From: a virus
Lineage: Duplodnaviria > Caudoviricetes
Reading direction: 5' to 3' (one strand)
IMG/VR virus record: IMGVR_UViG_3300037419_000521
Location: 1 to 43,952 of that record
DNA length: 43,952 bases
Position numbers and translations under genes: made by a program. Of the stretch, positions 9,373-17,542 are shown one piece after another (the first letter of the stretch is position 1; every line of letters begins with the position of its first letter). Below the pieces are notes generated by a model, which saw only the letters and a program-made list of their open reading frames with translations, was not told the DNA's origin and did not search any database.

Positions 9373-9840
9373 TCAGGTGAGGTCGCCGCTGATGTCCAGC
9401 GTGTAGAGGTCGTTGCCGGAGCTGGCGAACGCGGCGCCGCTGTCGTTCTTGACGATCAACTTGGTCGCATACGGCAGCACGCCACCGAACGCTGCGGCGA
9501 GCGAAAACACTTTGCGCTGCTGGCCGGCGGCCGTATTCAGGGGCAGGGAACCGATGAGCACGAGGTTGGCCTCGTCGGTGGTCGTCGTGCCGCTGGTTGG
9601 GCCGCTGCCGAAGGTCGCGCCATCCAGCGATGGCTGCGCGAACAGCACGGCCTGCTTGTTGCTGCCGGTCGTGCCAGGCGTCACAGTCAACTCGACCAGG
9701 CAATCCAGCGGCACCTTGCCGCTGTTGTTGTGCGTGATGGTGCCGAGCGCGGCATAGGTACCAATGGCTAAGCTGTTCAGCGCGGCCGCAGCGCCCGCTA
9801 GCTGCGTGCGGGCGCCTTGTGAGATCTTTGCGGTCGTCAT
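9373..9840 (-). CDS. Putative virion structural protein
   Basis: 155 aa, beta-rich and Gly/Thr/Ala-rich; within the fibre cluster. Confidence 0.6.
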   Translation of the reverse strand: MTTAKISQGARTQLAGAAAALNSLAIGTYAALGTITHNNSGKVPLDCLVELTVTPGTTGSNKQAVLFAQPSLDGATFGSGPTSGTTTTDEANLVLIGSLPLNTAAGQQRKVFSLAAAFGGVLPYATKLIVKNDSGAAFASSGNDLYTLDISGDLT

Positions 9841-9842
9841 GG

Positions 9843-10142
9843 TCAGCCGATTGCGATGATGTCGGCCAGGATCGTGTTCACCTGGTACTGGATATCCTCG
9901 TCAGCGGCGCTCGCGGGCGCGGTGGCGATAGTCGGATTGCGCAGCACCTGCATCGCTACCTGGCGCGCCGTGATGTTCGCGCGATCCTGCAGCACGCGCA
10001 CGGCCCAGTCCTTGCGGCTGGCGTGGTTGTCGGTCGCGGGCGACTCGTTCGCGATGTCCTGCGCAGCCTTCCACATGGCGACGAGGCAGCGGCCCTGGAA
10101 CGTCGCCTCGTTCGCAGCGGTGAAGATGTCGGTGTAGGCCAT
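9843..10142 (-). CDS. Hypothetical protein
   Basis: 99 aa starting MAYTDIFTAANE; tightly packed in the operon. The longer upstream extension in the ORF track is not credible. Confidence 0.7.
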   Translation of the reverse strand: MAYTDIFTAANEATFQGRCLVAMWKAAQDIANESPATDNHASRKDWAVRVLQDRANITARQVAMQVLRNPTIATAPASAADEDIQYQVNTILADIIAIG

Positions 10143-10144
10143 GA

Positions 10145-10615
10145 TCAATTGTCGTTCGTGTACGTGAGCGAGCCGGCCGGGAAGGTCGGAGCCGGGTCGC
10201 CGTTGTTGATGGTCTTCGGCGTGGTCAGCGCGGCGCGGATGATTTCGGTGCCGCCGGCCGCCGAATCGAACAGGCCCCATTCGACGACCTGGCCCCAGTC
10301 CGCCGTCGGCGCGGGGAAGGTGATCACGTTGTTGTTCGACGTCGTGCCGCTGGATCCGCTGGATGCGGTCGTCGAGCCCGCACCCTGCGTGCCGGCCCAG
10401 TTGGCGAGCGTCGCGGGTACGGCCACGCGCGCGTAGCTGCCGCCGGTGACTTCGGTGCCCGCCGACGAATCCGAGCCGGCCACCTTGATCAGGCCGACAT
10501 AGTGCGTCGACGGACCAGTTCCAGCAGCCGCCGTCGTGTTGGCGAGGCCCAAGGCCTGCGAGCGGAACAGGAAGTCGATCAGCTTGTTTTCGAACGCGTC
10601 GGTATGCGCGGCCAT
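10145..10615 (-). CDS. Phage tail-fibre-associated structural protein
   Basis: 156 aa; GTEVTGGSYARVAV...NNNVITFPAPTADWGQV...LFDSAAGG is a common phage structural motif. Confidence 0.7.
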   Translation of the reverse strand: MAAHTDAFENKLIDFLFRSQALGLANTTAAAGTGPSTHYVGLIKVAGSDSSAGTEVTGGSYARVAVPATLANWAGTQGAGSTTASSGSSGTTSNNNVITFPAPTADWGQVVEWGLFDSAAGGTEIIRAALTTPKTINNGDPAPTFPAGSLTYTNDN

Positions 10616-10630
10616 GGTTCACCTTCGAAT

Positions 10631-10653
10631 AAAAAAGCCCGCGCGAGGCGGGC
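10631..10653 (-). terminator. Intrinsic terminator
   Basis: Minus strand GCCCGCC-TCGC-GCGGGC followed by TTTTTT. Confidence 0.7.
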
Positions 10654-10702
10654 AAGCTCACGGTACGGCAGCACAGTGAGAGAGGAGACACTGAAAATTC
10701 GG

Positions 10703-10969
10703 TCAGCGGTGGTTCCGGCGGTTGCGTGCCACATTGCGCTTCTTCGCGGCGGTGCGCTGCTGCTGGGCCATCGAGACGCCGGCGCCCCTGCGGCCGTGCA
10801 GGCCGGCGCTCGCGCGGATCCCGCCGAACAGGCTGCGCTTGCTTGCGCGCACCGGGCGCGGCGCGGCACTGGTCAGCGCGGGCTGGGTGGCCAGCACCGG
10901 CGGTGCTCCTGCAGCGAGGGCGAGGGCGGCGATAGCGGCGAAACTGGAACGGCGCAGGGAACTGAGCAT
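10703..10969 (-). CDS. Small protein with signal-peptide-like N-terminus and Arg/Lys-rich C-terminus
   Basis: 88 aa, RBS GGAGG; starts MLSSLRRSSFAAIAALALAAG; first ORF of the late operon. Confidence 0.6.
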   Translation of the reverse strand: MLSSLRRSSFAAIAALALAAGAPPVLATQPALTSAAPRPVRASKRSLFGGIRASAGLHGRRGAGVSMAQQQRTAAKKRNVARNRRNHR

Positions 10970-10980
10970 GGAACCTCCAG

Positions 10981-11020
10981 AAAGCGAAAAGCCCCGCGTC
11001 ATCGCTGATCGCAGGGCTTC
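10981..11020 (-). terminator. tR'-like terminator of the late leader
   Basis: Minus strand GAAGCCCTGCG...CGCGGGGCTTTTCGCTTT, ending about 110 nt downstream of the late promoter. Confidence 0.65.
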
Positions 11021-11088
11021 GGGTTCTCCCGGACGCAACTCCGGCTCCCATCAGGGAACCGGATACGCATCTTGGGAGATGGAAATAA

Positions 11089-11129
11089 ATTGTCGGTTGG
11101 AATTTACTGCTGATATTTCCGGCTGTCAA
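11089..11129 (-). promoter_or_regulatory. Late promoter pR'-like with putative sigma70 pause element
   Basis: TTGACA-17 bp-TAAATT (same -10 as lambda pR') just after the Q-like gene; a -10-like GACAAT lies at about +1. Confidence 0.8.
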
Positions 11130-11139
11130 GAGCTTTCGA

Positions 11140-11520
11140 TTAAGCATCGTGGAAAGTGTTGCGCGGCTCGACCACGTTCGCGATCGCGTCCTGCGCATCA
11201 CGGAAGGCCTTCACGAACACGGTTGCGGGCTTCTGGTCGATCCGCATGCGCCGGCAGACTTCACCTGGGTGGGCCTGCTTGATGTAGCACCACCAGAGCA
11301 GCATGCGGTGACGAGTGTCGATGTGACGCATACCGCGCTCGATGATCGCGGCATCGTCCTCGTCGACCTTGCGACGCTCGGGCGATGACTTGTCGCCCTC
11401 GGCCTCGCGGCGCAGCTGGTCGCAGAACGCGGCCGTGGGGCTGAGCCCGGGCCGCGGGTTGTCGTGGTAGACGCGTGCCCAATTCTCCAGGCGCGAGCCG
11501 ATGTCGCGACGGTCGGTCAA
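11140..11520 (-). CDS. Late antiterminator Q-like protein
   Basis: TTG start with RBS GGAGG; RLENWAR...LLWWCY...EVCRRMRI pattern; directly precedes the pR'-like promoter. Confidence 0.75.
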   Translation of the reverse strand: MTDRRDIGSRLENWARVYHDNPRPGLSPTAAFCDQLRREAEGDKSSPERRKVDEDDAAIIERGMRHIDTRHRMLLWWCYIKQAHPGEVCRRMRIDQKPATVFVKAFRDAQDAIANVVEPRNTFHDA

Positions 11521-11624
11521 GGCTGGGCCTCCTGCACCTGGTCGACCATGCCTGTGCGGATGAAGCGGCCGGCGAGCAGCCCGGCCAGGACGGAGCTGGC
11601 AAGCCAGAGGGCGAGGGCGGTCAT
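11517..11624 (-). CDS. Small membrane peptide (35 aa)
   Basis: MTALALWLASSVLAGLLAGRFIRTGMVDQVQEAQP; coupled to both neighbours by ATGA and TTGA overlaps. Not in the ORF track. Confidence 0.6.
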   Translation of the reverse strand: MTALALWLASSVLAGLLAGRFIRTGMVDQVQEAQP

Positions 11625-12058
11625 GCGGCACCGCCTTCCAGCAACTTCACGCGCGCGGTGGCTGCGCTGACGTCGCACAACAGCCAGTAGTCGGCCTCGC
11701 CCAGCTTTCCTCGCAGCGCATCGTCCAGGCCGCTGTCCGGTGCCTCGCCTTGGTCGTAGACCTCGAAGAACGCATCGCTAGCCTGGCGCAGCTCGGCGAT
11801 GACTTTGCGCGCACACTGCATGGCCTCAGCGTGCTCACGGCCAATCGTGCCGGCGCGTGCTGCGGCCAGCTCGGCGCGCAGGGCATCGCGCTCACGTTCC
11901 AGCGCCTCGTAGCCGGCGGCCAGAGCCAGGATGTCGAACGACGTTGCCGCAAGCTCGCCCTGTCGCACCAGGTGTGCTGCGGCGGATACGTGCACCTCGG
12001 CCATGCCGGTGCGCGTGGTGATTGTCGCGATCCCATCGCGGAAGGTGACGGCGTTCAT
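11621..12058 (-). CDS. Hypothetical protein
   Basis: 145 aa starting MNAVTFRDG; ATGA overlap with rusA. Confidence 0.65.
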   Translation of the reverse strand: MNAVTFRDGIATITTRTGMAEVHVSAAAHLVRQGELAATSFDILALAAGYEALERERDALRAELAAARAGTIGREHAEAMQCARKVIAELRQASDAFFEVYDQGEAPDSGLDDALRGKLGEADYWLLCDVSAATARVKLLEGGAA

Positions 12059-12507
12059 GCTGCGACTCCCAGCAGATCCGCCTGCGGCTGCGCCACCGGC
12101 ATGGCCGTGATCGTGACCACGACGCGGGCCTCGCCATCCGGCTCCATGCGCTCGCTGGTCAGGCGGCGCACCCACTTGTCGTCCTCGATGGCGACGTCCT
12201 TGAGCGCGTCCAGCAGTACCTTGTTAGCGTTGTCGATGTCGATGCAACGCACGGTGTCGTCCCACGAGGCGCCTTCCTTGCGCACGCGCTTCTGCCAGTC
12301 CTGCGGGCGTGCCGGGTACAGCTTCACGTCGATGTGCACGCGGCCGGCCAGCGGCACGCGCACGCCCTGGTCGCGGCATCGCGCGGCGATGTCGGCCCGG
12401 AAGGCCTTCGCTTCCTTCGTCGGCACGATGCTGATGTGCGCGCCGAGCTTCACTGGACGCCAGTAGCGGTTCGCGGACAGGGGATAGGGCAAGGTGAGGG
12501 TGATCAT
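12055..12507 (-). CDS. rusA: RusA-family Holliday junction resolvase
   Basis: LPYPLSANRYWR and DIDNANKVLLDAL...IEDDKWV catalytic motifs. Confidence 0.92.
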   Translation of the reverse strand: MITLTLPYPLSANRYWRPVKLGAHISIVPTKEAKAFRADIAARCRDQGVRVPLAGRVHIDVKLYPARPQDWQKRVRKEGASWDDTVRCIDIDNANKVLLDALKDVAIEDDKWVRRLTSERMEPDGEARVVVTITAMPVAQPQADLLGVAA

Positions 12508-12722
12508 GCGCGGCTCCGGTTCATGCGTTGCAGCTCGGCCGCCACCTGCTGGCCGGTGAGGATCAGCGTCGACGCGGGCTTCAGCTCGGCGCGCAGCTCG
12601 GCGATCTCGTTGCGGAGCGCGCGGACCTCGGCGGCCAGGTCGGCCTCGGGCGGCTCGAAGAAGGCGCGCAGCACGCTGTTGGCTTGATGCTGGACATGTG
12701 GTTTGTCGAATGGTGAAGGCAT
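12504..12722 (-). CDS. Hypothetical protein
   Basis: 72 aa with a short coiled coil; RBS GGAGA; coupled to rusA. Confidence 0.6.
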   Translation of the reverse strand: MPSPFDKPHVQHQANSVLRAFFEPPEADLAAEVRALRNEIAELRAELKPASTLILTGQQVAAELQRMNRSRA

Positions 12723-12810
12723 CGTTCAGGTTCTCCCGTGTCGTTGTTGTTGCCGCCCGAATCGCGAACTTGACCGAATTGGCAAGTTCGCGCCGGGCGG
12801 GGTGGTGCGG

Positions 12811-13392
12811 TTACTCGACGATCAGCCAGTCCTCGGCCAGCGCATCGCTGCCGCTGGGCGCCCAGGTGCTCACGGTGTCGTCGGCGCCCTTGAGCGCGAG
12901 GTAGGCGTTGTAGGGGACCATGCTGCCCTCACCGAAGAAGGCCTTCGCGGCGCCGGTCTGCGCCGGGTAGCTGTTGGCCGGGACCAGGTAGGCGAACATG
13001 CCCTTGCCGTTCCAGCCGGCGCGCGCCACACGCTGGCCGGTCTTCAACGCGGTCAGGGCCGTGCCGAAGGTCAGACCGGCGGTGGGGGTTTGGCCGGCGC
13101 CGGTCTTCGGCTCGTCGGCGCGCGCCGCCTCGGTCGCATGCTTCTCAGCCTGCTGCTTCTGGTACGGCATCCAGTGCCAGGACGGGAAGGAGTTCGGCTC
13201 ATGCTCGGGGTCCGCGTGCGTAACGCTCGCCCGGATCCCGGCCTCGCCGTCGACCGTATTCAGGCCGAAGACGTGCAGGGTTGCGCAGAACGGGCCGTGG
13301 ACGGCTGCCACGATGGCTGCGCGAATGGCGCCGTCGGCGCCGCGGTACCAGACGATGCGGCCGGGAGTCGGGGTGATGTGGGTCGTGCTCAT
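12811..13392 (-). CDS. DUF2829 / Tad2-like protein fused to an unknown N-terminal domain
   Basis: C-terminal half FGTALTALKTGQRVARAGWNGKGMF...W.PS.SD.LAEDW is the DUF2829 signature. Confidence 0.85.
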   Translation of the reverse strand: MSTTHITPTPGRIVWYRGADGAIRAAIVAAVHGPFCATLHVFGLNTVDGEAGIRASVTHADPEHEPNSFPSWHWMPYQKQQAEKHATEAARADEPKTGAGQTPTAGLTFGTALTALKTGQRVARAGWNGKGMFAYLVPANSYPAQTGAAKAFFGEGSMVPYNAYLALKGADDTVSTWAPSGSDALAEDWLIVE

Positions 13393-13676
13393 GTTGCCCT
13401 TTCAGGTTGTGGTGCTGCGGTTGGTGCGCTCGCGCGCGAAATGGTCTCGGGGTGACGCCGTTGCAGCTCTGCCAGCGCTTCCTGGTCGCTCCTCGTGGCC
13501 CGCCGGTGCGCCAGTGATCCAACGAGAAGGCTGAGCACGCAGGCCCACGGAATGTCGTCCGAGCGTGCCGACCGTTCGTAGCCCTCGCAGTAGCCCGTCC
13601 CGTCCTCGCCTTTGCGCAGCTGGGCATCGGGGATGAAGCGCGCGCAGGCGCGGCAGGGTGCGGGCTCGCGGTTCAT
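13389..13676 (-). CDS. Cys-containing hypothetical protein
   Basis: 95 aa with CxxC...C...C; coupled to both neighbours. Confidence 0.55.
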   Translation of the reverse strand: MNREPAPCRACARFIPDAQLRKGEDGTGYCEGYERSARSDDIPWACVLSLLVGSLAHRRATRSDQEALAELQRRHPETISRASAPTAAPQPERAT

Positions 13677-14314
13677 TGCACGATTCGCAATGCGGGCGCC
13701 GGCAGCGTCAGGTCGGCAGCTGACTTCATGCTGAGCAGCGGCGCTGTGGTGCCGCCGTTGCGCACCTGGTCGGCCTTGTGCTCGTCGCCGATCAGGATGG
13801 GCGGGTTCTCGCGGAAACCGGCCTTGCTGTTCTGCGCGTTCGCCAGCCCGATCAGCACAGGCGGGTATTCCGGCGTCTCGTCGCGCATGCGGTAGCCGCG
13901 GTACCGGTTCTGGAACTCCTTCGCCACGAACGGCCAGTCGTTCTCGTCCTTGGCGCCGACGTAGACCCAGCCGCCCATGTCGAGCAGCACGCGGTGGATC
14001 ACAGGGTCGTCGAACACGACGCACTGGTACGTGCCGACGCGGCGCACAGCCTGATCGACCTTCGACCACGCAACAGCGGCTTGGTCGTCGGTGCGGCCCT
14101 CCGTCATGCGGGCGACGTCGGCAATCTTCGGCATGAACTGGCCTGTGTCCGGGTTCCGCACGTGGGCCCACAGCGCGCGCTTGACGCTGGTGAGGTCGTA
14201 GTGCCGCAAGCCGTTCCAGTACAGGTCGACCACGTTCTCGGACAGCTCGCGGCCGTAGTAGTCGGCCACGGCCAGCAGCGTTTTGGCGAATTCGGGCAGA
14301 TCGGTATCACGCAT
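13673..14314 (-). CDS. DUF6475-like replication-associated protein
   Basis: 213 aa; GQFMPKIAD and VVFDDPVIHRVLLDMGGW motifs; follows the initiator gene. Confidence 0.75.
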   Translation of the reverse strand: MRDTDLPEFAKTLLAVADYYGRELSENVVDLYWNGLRHYDLTSVKRALWAHVRNPDTGQFMPKIADVARMTEGRTDDQAAVAWSKVDQAVRRVGTYQCVVFDDPVIHRVLLDMGGWVYVGAKDENDWPFVAKEFQNRYRGYRMRDETPEYPPVLIGLANAQNSKAGFRENPPILIGDEHKADQVRNGGTTAPLLSMKSAADLTLPAPALRIVQ

Positions 14315-15287
14315 TGCCTTGCTCCTGTCGTTTGCGCTCGAGCCAGGCTTCCATGTTCCGGGCGGTGGCCTGGCCGGCTTTGGTGAGGGTGGTGGCGCTG
14401 GGCGGCGCGGCACCGTTGGCGTTCAGGCCTGAGGCTTCCCTGGCCCAGCGTTCGAGGATCGAGAACACGAAGCCGGCAGGGATCGGTTCGCCCTTCTTCG
14501 CCTTCTTCGCGTCCTCGCACGCGGCGGTCACGGTCTCGACGCTCACGCCTTGGCTGGACAGCGCGATCAAGCGGAGGTCTCCAGGGTTCGAGTTGATGCC
14601 GAAGCGGCGCATGGCGATGCTCAGCTGGCCGGGGTCGGTGGGTTCGACCGCCGGCAACTCCGGTTGAGTAGGCGGGCGGTCTCCCATATCGTCTTTATTT
14701 AACTGTCCCTGTCCCTCTCCCTGTCCCTTGGATTGCTTTTCACCAGGGACAGAGTCACCTTGTCTCGGGGACTTCGGTGGTTTGTCGTTAGGGACAGGTA
14801 GCGGATGTCCCACGGGACAACCAGAGGACAGCCACGAGTCGAAATCGGGAAATTGGATGCTTGTCCCGTGTCGCTCGTTGTGCTTCTTGATGCGCGCGCA
14901 CTCAGTCTTGAGGCGCTGTCGCAGCTTCGCGGTCCATGCCTCTCTCGCCTTCTCAGCGACGACAGCGTGGTACAGGCGGCCGTCATTGCACTTCACCCAG
15001 CCGCGCATGGCGCCGTCGCGCACCTTGAGCCATTCCTTGACGACGCGGCCGTAGCCGGCGTATTGGGCGAGGATCTTGTCGTCGTCGGGCAGGCTTGCGG
15101 CCGGCACCTGGTGCCAGGATGCGCACCACAGCAGCACGGCACAGCGGAACTCGTCGGCCTCCGCGGTCACGGCCAGGTCGCTGTCGCGCAGGCGCACGAC
15201 GTCGAGGGGCATGAAGGCGAAGTCGCGCAGGTCGCAGTCGGGCGGCGTCAGCGGGTCCGGCAGGGTGGTGAGGTCGGCGCCCTTCAT
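14307..15287 (-). CDS. Replication initiator (DUF1376/YdaU-like)
   Basis: FMPLDVVRLRDS, LLWCASWHQVPAASLPDDD and GRLYH motifs; contains internal iteron-like repeats. Confidence 0.8.
   Translation of the reverse strand: MKGADLTTLPDPLTPPDCDLRDFAFMPLDVVRLRDSDLAVTAEADEFRCAVLLWCASWHQVPAASLPDDDKILAQYAGYGRVVKEWLKVRDGAMRGWVKCNDGRLYHAVVAEKAREAWTAKLRQRLKTECARIKKHNERHGTSIQFPDFDSWLSSGCPVGHPLPVPNDKPPKSPRQGDSVPGEKQSKGQGEGQGQLNKDDMGDRPPTQPELPAVEPTDPGQLSIAMRRFGINSNPGDLRLIALSSQGVSVETVTAACEDAKKAKKGEPIPAGFVFSILERWAREASGLNANGAAPPSATTLTKAGQATARNMEAWLERKRQEQGNA
14686..14867. repeat. Putative replication origin iterons (TGTCCC/GGGACA)
   Basis: TGTCCC at 14704, 14710, 14722, 14806 and 14862; GGGACA at 14746, 14791 and 14814; adjacent AT-rich patch at 14686-14703; lies inside the initiator gene as in lambda O. 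Confidence 0.6.
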
Positions 15288-16045
15288 ACTGCGACCTCCA
15301 GCACGGGTTCGGCGAACAGTGGCGCGTCATCCGCCAGACGCTGGCGCGCGAGGTCAACGTATTGCGCACGCAGTTCGAAGCCAGTGCACGAGCAGCTGGC
15401 GGCGCGTGCCGCGATGGCGTCGGTACCGGATCCGAAAAAGGGCGACAGCACAGCACCGCCAGGTGGGCAGGAATACTCGATCAGCGTGCGCACAAGCTCG
15501 GCCGGCTTCTGGGTAGGGTGGATGGCGCGGCCGTGCTCGGAACGGTGGTACAGGACGGAGCGCAGCAGGCGCGGACCGCCTTCGACGCTGGTGTAATGGT
15601 GGCCATCGATCTTCGACCAGTGCTGGGCCTTCTGTTTCCGGCGCACGGTCTTCGCTACAGCATCGGCGGAATACTGCGGCTTCTTGTAAACGTCGGCCCA
15701 GCGGGCGTTGGCAGGGTAGAAATGGGCGGCCAACTCGTGCACGCGACGGAAGCGGTCGGCGAAGGAGTTGGAACCGTTGTGCTTCTCCCAAACGATTTCT
15801 TGGGCTTGCTTCCAGCCTTCGAACTCTCCGGCGCGTTCCATGAACATGCGCAGAGAGCCGAATACCCACATGGATCCGGACGGCTTCAGGACGCGCAGCA
15901 TCAGGGAGGCCCAGCCATCGGGCCAGCGGTCCCACTCAAGCGCCGTTTCTGCGTATGGCGGATCAGCGATGATGCAATCGATCGACGCGTCCGGGATCTG
16001 GTGAATTAGTTCGCGCACATCGCCGACCAGGATGGTGGTCGTCAT
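15284..16045 (-). CDS. N6-adenine/N4-cytosine DNA methyltransferase (beta class)
   Basis: DPPY, HPTQKP and PFFGSGT motifs. Confidence 0.92.
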   Translation of the reverse strand: MTTTILVGDVRELIHQIPDASIDCIIADPPYAETALEWDRWPDGWASLMLRVLKPSGSMWVFGSLRMFMERAGEFEGWKQAQEIVWEKHNGSNSFADRFRRVHELAAHFYPANARWADVYKKPQYSADAVAKTVRRKQKAQHWSKIDGHHYTSVEGGPRLLRSVLYHRSEHGRAIHPTQKPAELVRTLIEYSCPPGGAVLSPFFGSGTDAIAARAASCSCTGFELRAQYVDLARQRLADDAPLFAEPVLEVAV

Positions 16046-16251
16046 GGCGGCGTCCCCACACCCGAGGCGAACTTGACCAGGTCGCGCGCGTGCACGGCGG
16101 CCCGGCGATCGCGCCAGCCTTTCTGCCAGTCGACGATGGCGGGCGCTCCCGGGTTCATGTGGTGATCGTTGATGCTGCGGCCCTGGTCGAAAGCGTCGGC
16201 GCCGCGCTGGCGCATGATCTCGGGGGTGACGGGGCGAATGCTGTGGTCCAT
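16042..16251 (-). CDS. Small Rmf/CrpP-like hypothetical protein
   Basis: 69 aa; RGADAF..G.....P......W..GW pattern. Confidence 0.55.
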   Translation of the reverse strand: MDHSIRPVTPEIMRQRGADAFDQGRSINDHHMNPGAPAIVDWQKGWRDRRAAVHARDLVKFASGVGTPP

Positions 16252-16427
16252 CAGCGGCCCCCGAGCGTGTCGACGGCTTCGCGCAGCTTCTGCAGCTCGT
16301 GGTGATGCGCGCGCTTGGCCTGGTCGGTCTTCTCGCCGATCGCGCGCTTCTCGGCTCGGCGCCACGTCCGCGCCTGGCTCGCGATCTTCGCGTCCGGCGT
16401 CGGTTTCTGTGTCTCTTGGTCCTTCAT
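16251..16427 (-). CDS. Hypothetical protein
   Basis: 58 aa starting MKDQETQKPTPD, RBS AAGGA, TGATG coupling. Not in the ORF track. Confidence 0.6.
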   Translation of the reverse strand: MKDQETQKPTPDAKIASQARTWRRAEKRAIGEKTDQAKRAHHHELQKLREAVDTLGGR

Positions 16428-16451
16428 GGGTGCTTTCCTTATGTCCCGCCT

Positions 16452-16700
16452 TCAGTTGCGCATGTAGACGGCCGGGCGGGCGGCGCGGCTCGGCAGCACC
16501 ATGGCCAGAACATGGCCACGTCCTGGCCGTTTCGGGTGCTGCTGCACCGCAGTACGATTCCGTTCGGCAAGCCAGCCCCGCGCGAGGTCGCGCAGCTTCT
16601 TGCTTTGCGGGACATCGTCGGCCTTGCACTGGTTGCTGAACTCGACGAACTCGTCGGCGTTGAACAGCGTTTTCACTACGATGGTTCGGGGGTCTTTCAT
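16452..16700 (-). CDS. Putative DNA-binding protein at the CII position (ribbon-helix-helix-like)
   Basis: 82 aa, RTIVVKTLFNADEF...SKKLRDLA; RBS AAGGAG; follows cro. Confidence 0.55.
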   Translation of the reverse strand: MKDPRTIVVKTLFNADEFVEFSNQCKADDVPQSKKLRDLARGWLAERNRTAVQQHPKRPGRGHVLAMVLPSRAARPAVYMRN

Positions 16701-16806
16701 GGGGCTACTCCTTCGGTGCGGTGGTTCAGGATGGGTGGGTGATACAGGGCAAAAGCCGGTGGGCAACTGCCCGGGCGCAACTTTCGAAGCGCGAAAAACC
16801 GCAGGA

Positions 16807-17046
16807 TTACTGCGGCTGGGATTCGGGGCAGCCTGCTGGCTCGGCGTAACGCGCTGGGTAGATGAGCTGCAGTTCATTGACCTCACCGTCAAACTCGCGG
16901 CAAATCCGTTCGGCCAACTGAGCGTTTGGGGTCTGGACTCCGCGTTCGATGCGACTGAGGTTGCCGACGTCGCTGCCAACTTTTTTAGCAAGGACGTTCA
17001 GCGTCATGCCTCGCTTTTCGCGAGCTTGTCGGAGAGGCGATTTCAT
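16807..17046 (-). CDS. cro: Cro-like XRE HTH regulator
   Basis: 79 aa HTH (LAKKVGSDVGNLSRIERG), divergent from the repressor gene. Confidence 0.85.
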   Translation of the reverse strand: MKSPLRQAREKRGMTLNVLAKKVGSDVGNLSRIERGVQTPNAQLAERICREFDGEVNELQLIYPARYAEPAGCPESQPQ

Positions 17047-17065
17047 GGATGTAGAGGCTCCTAAG

Positions 17066-17142
17066 ATGCGTAATACGCACTTTATCTCAGAAACCGAAGA
17101 TGCGCAATGCGCCTTGCGATATACGCATCAAAATTCCACAAT
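17066..17142. promoter_or_regulatory. OR region: three operators with divergent pR and pRM
   Basis: ATGCG-N5-CGCAT-like sites at 17066-80, 17100-14 and 17114-28. pR (minus) is TTGCGC-17-TAAAGT; pRM (plus) is TTGCGA-17-CACAAT, 7 nt before the cI ATG. Confidence 0.8.
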
Positions 17143-17149
17143 CCAACGC

Positions 17150-17542
17150 ATGACAGTCGGTGAAAAAATAAGGGCGATACGTGTCGCCAAGAAGATGACG
17201 CTCGCAGAGGTCGAGGGCAGAGCTGGCCTGACCGATGGGAATTTGTCGAGGATCGAACGTGGGAAGCAGTGGGTTAGCGAGGAGGTCTTGCGCAACATCG
17301 CTCAGGCTTTGTTGGTCCGGGTGGCAGACCTGTTTGATGATAACGACCTGGTTGAAAGCCATGTCAACCACAAACATCCAGCAACGCAGAAACTAGAAGA
17401 CCTGCTCAGGCAGGCTGGGAACGAAGTGCGCTTACTTACTGTGTACCGCCTCGCCAATGCTGACGATAGGGCGGTGATCGACGCCGCTGTCGATGATGCA
17501 ATTCAGCGTCTTGACGTTGTTGGAATTCTTAACAAGCGATAG
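17150..17542 (+). CDS. cI: CI-like repressor (XRE HTH, no S24 peptidase domain)
   Basis: 130 aa; HTH LTDGNLSRIERG shares its recognition helix with Cro; short helical C-terminus. Confidence 0.85.
   Translation: MTVGEKIRAIRVAKKMTLAEVEGRAGLTDGNLSRIERGKQWVSEEVLRNIAQALLVRVADLFDDNDLVESHVNHKHPATQKLEDLLRQAGNEVRLLTVYRLANADDRAVIDAAVDDAIQRLDVVGILNKR

Noticed and set aside
9843-11201. 452-aa ORF as given in the track
   Set aside because: Only the last 99 codons look coding. The extension crosses two other genes, two terminators and the late promoter.
16741-16800. ACAGGGCAAA...GCAA resembling a c-di-GMP-I riboswitch
   Set aside because: It lies on the strand opposite to local transcription and lacks the GNRA/receptor two-stem architecture.
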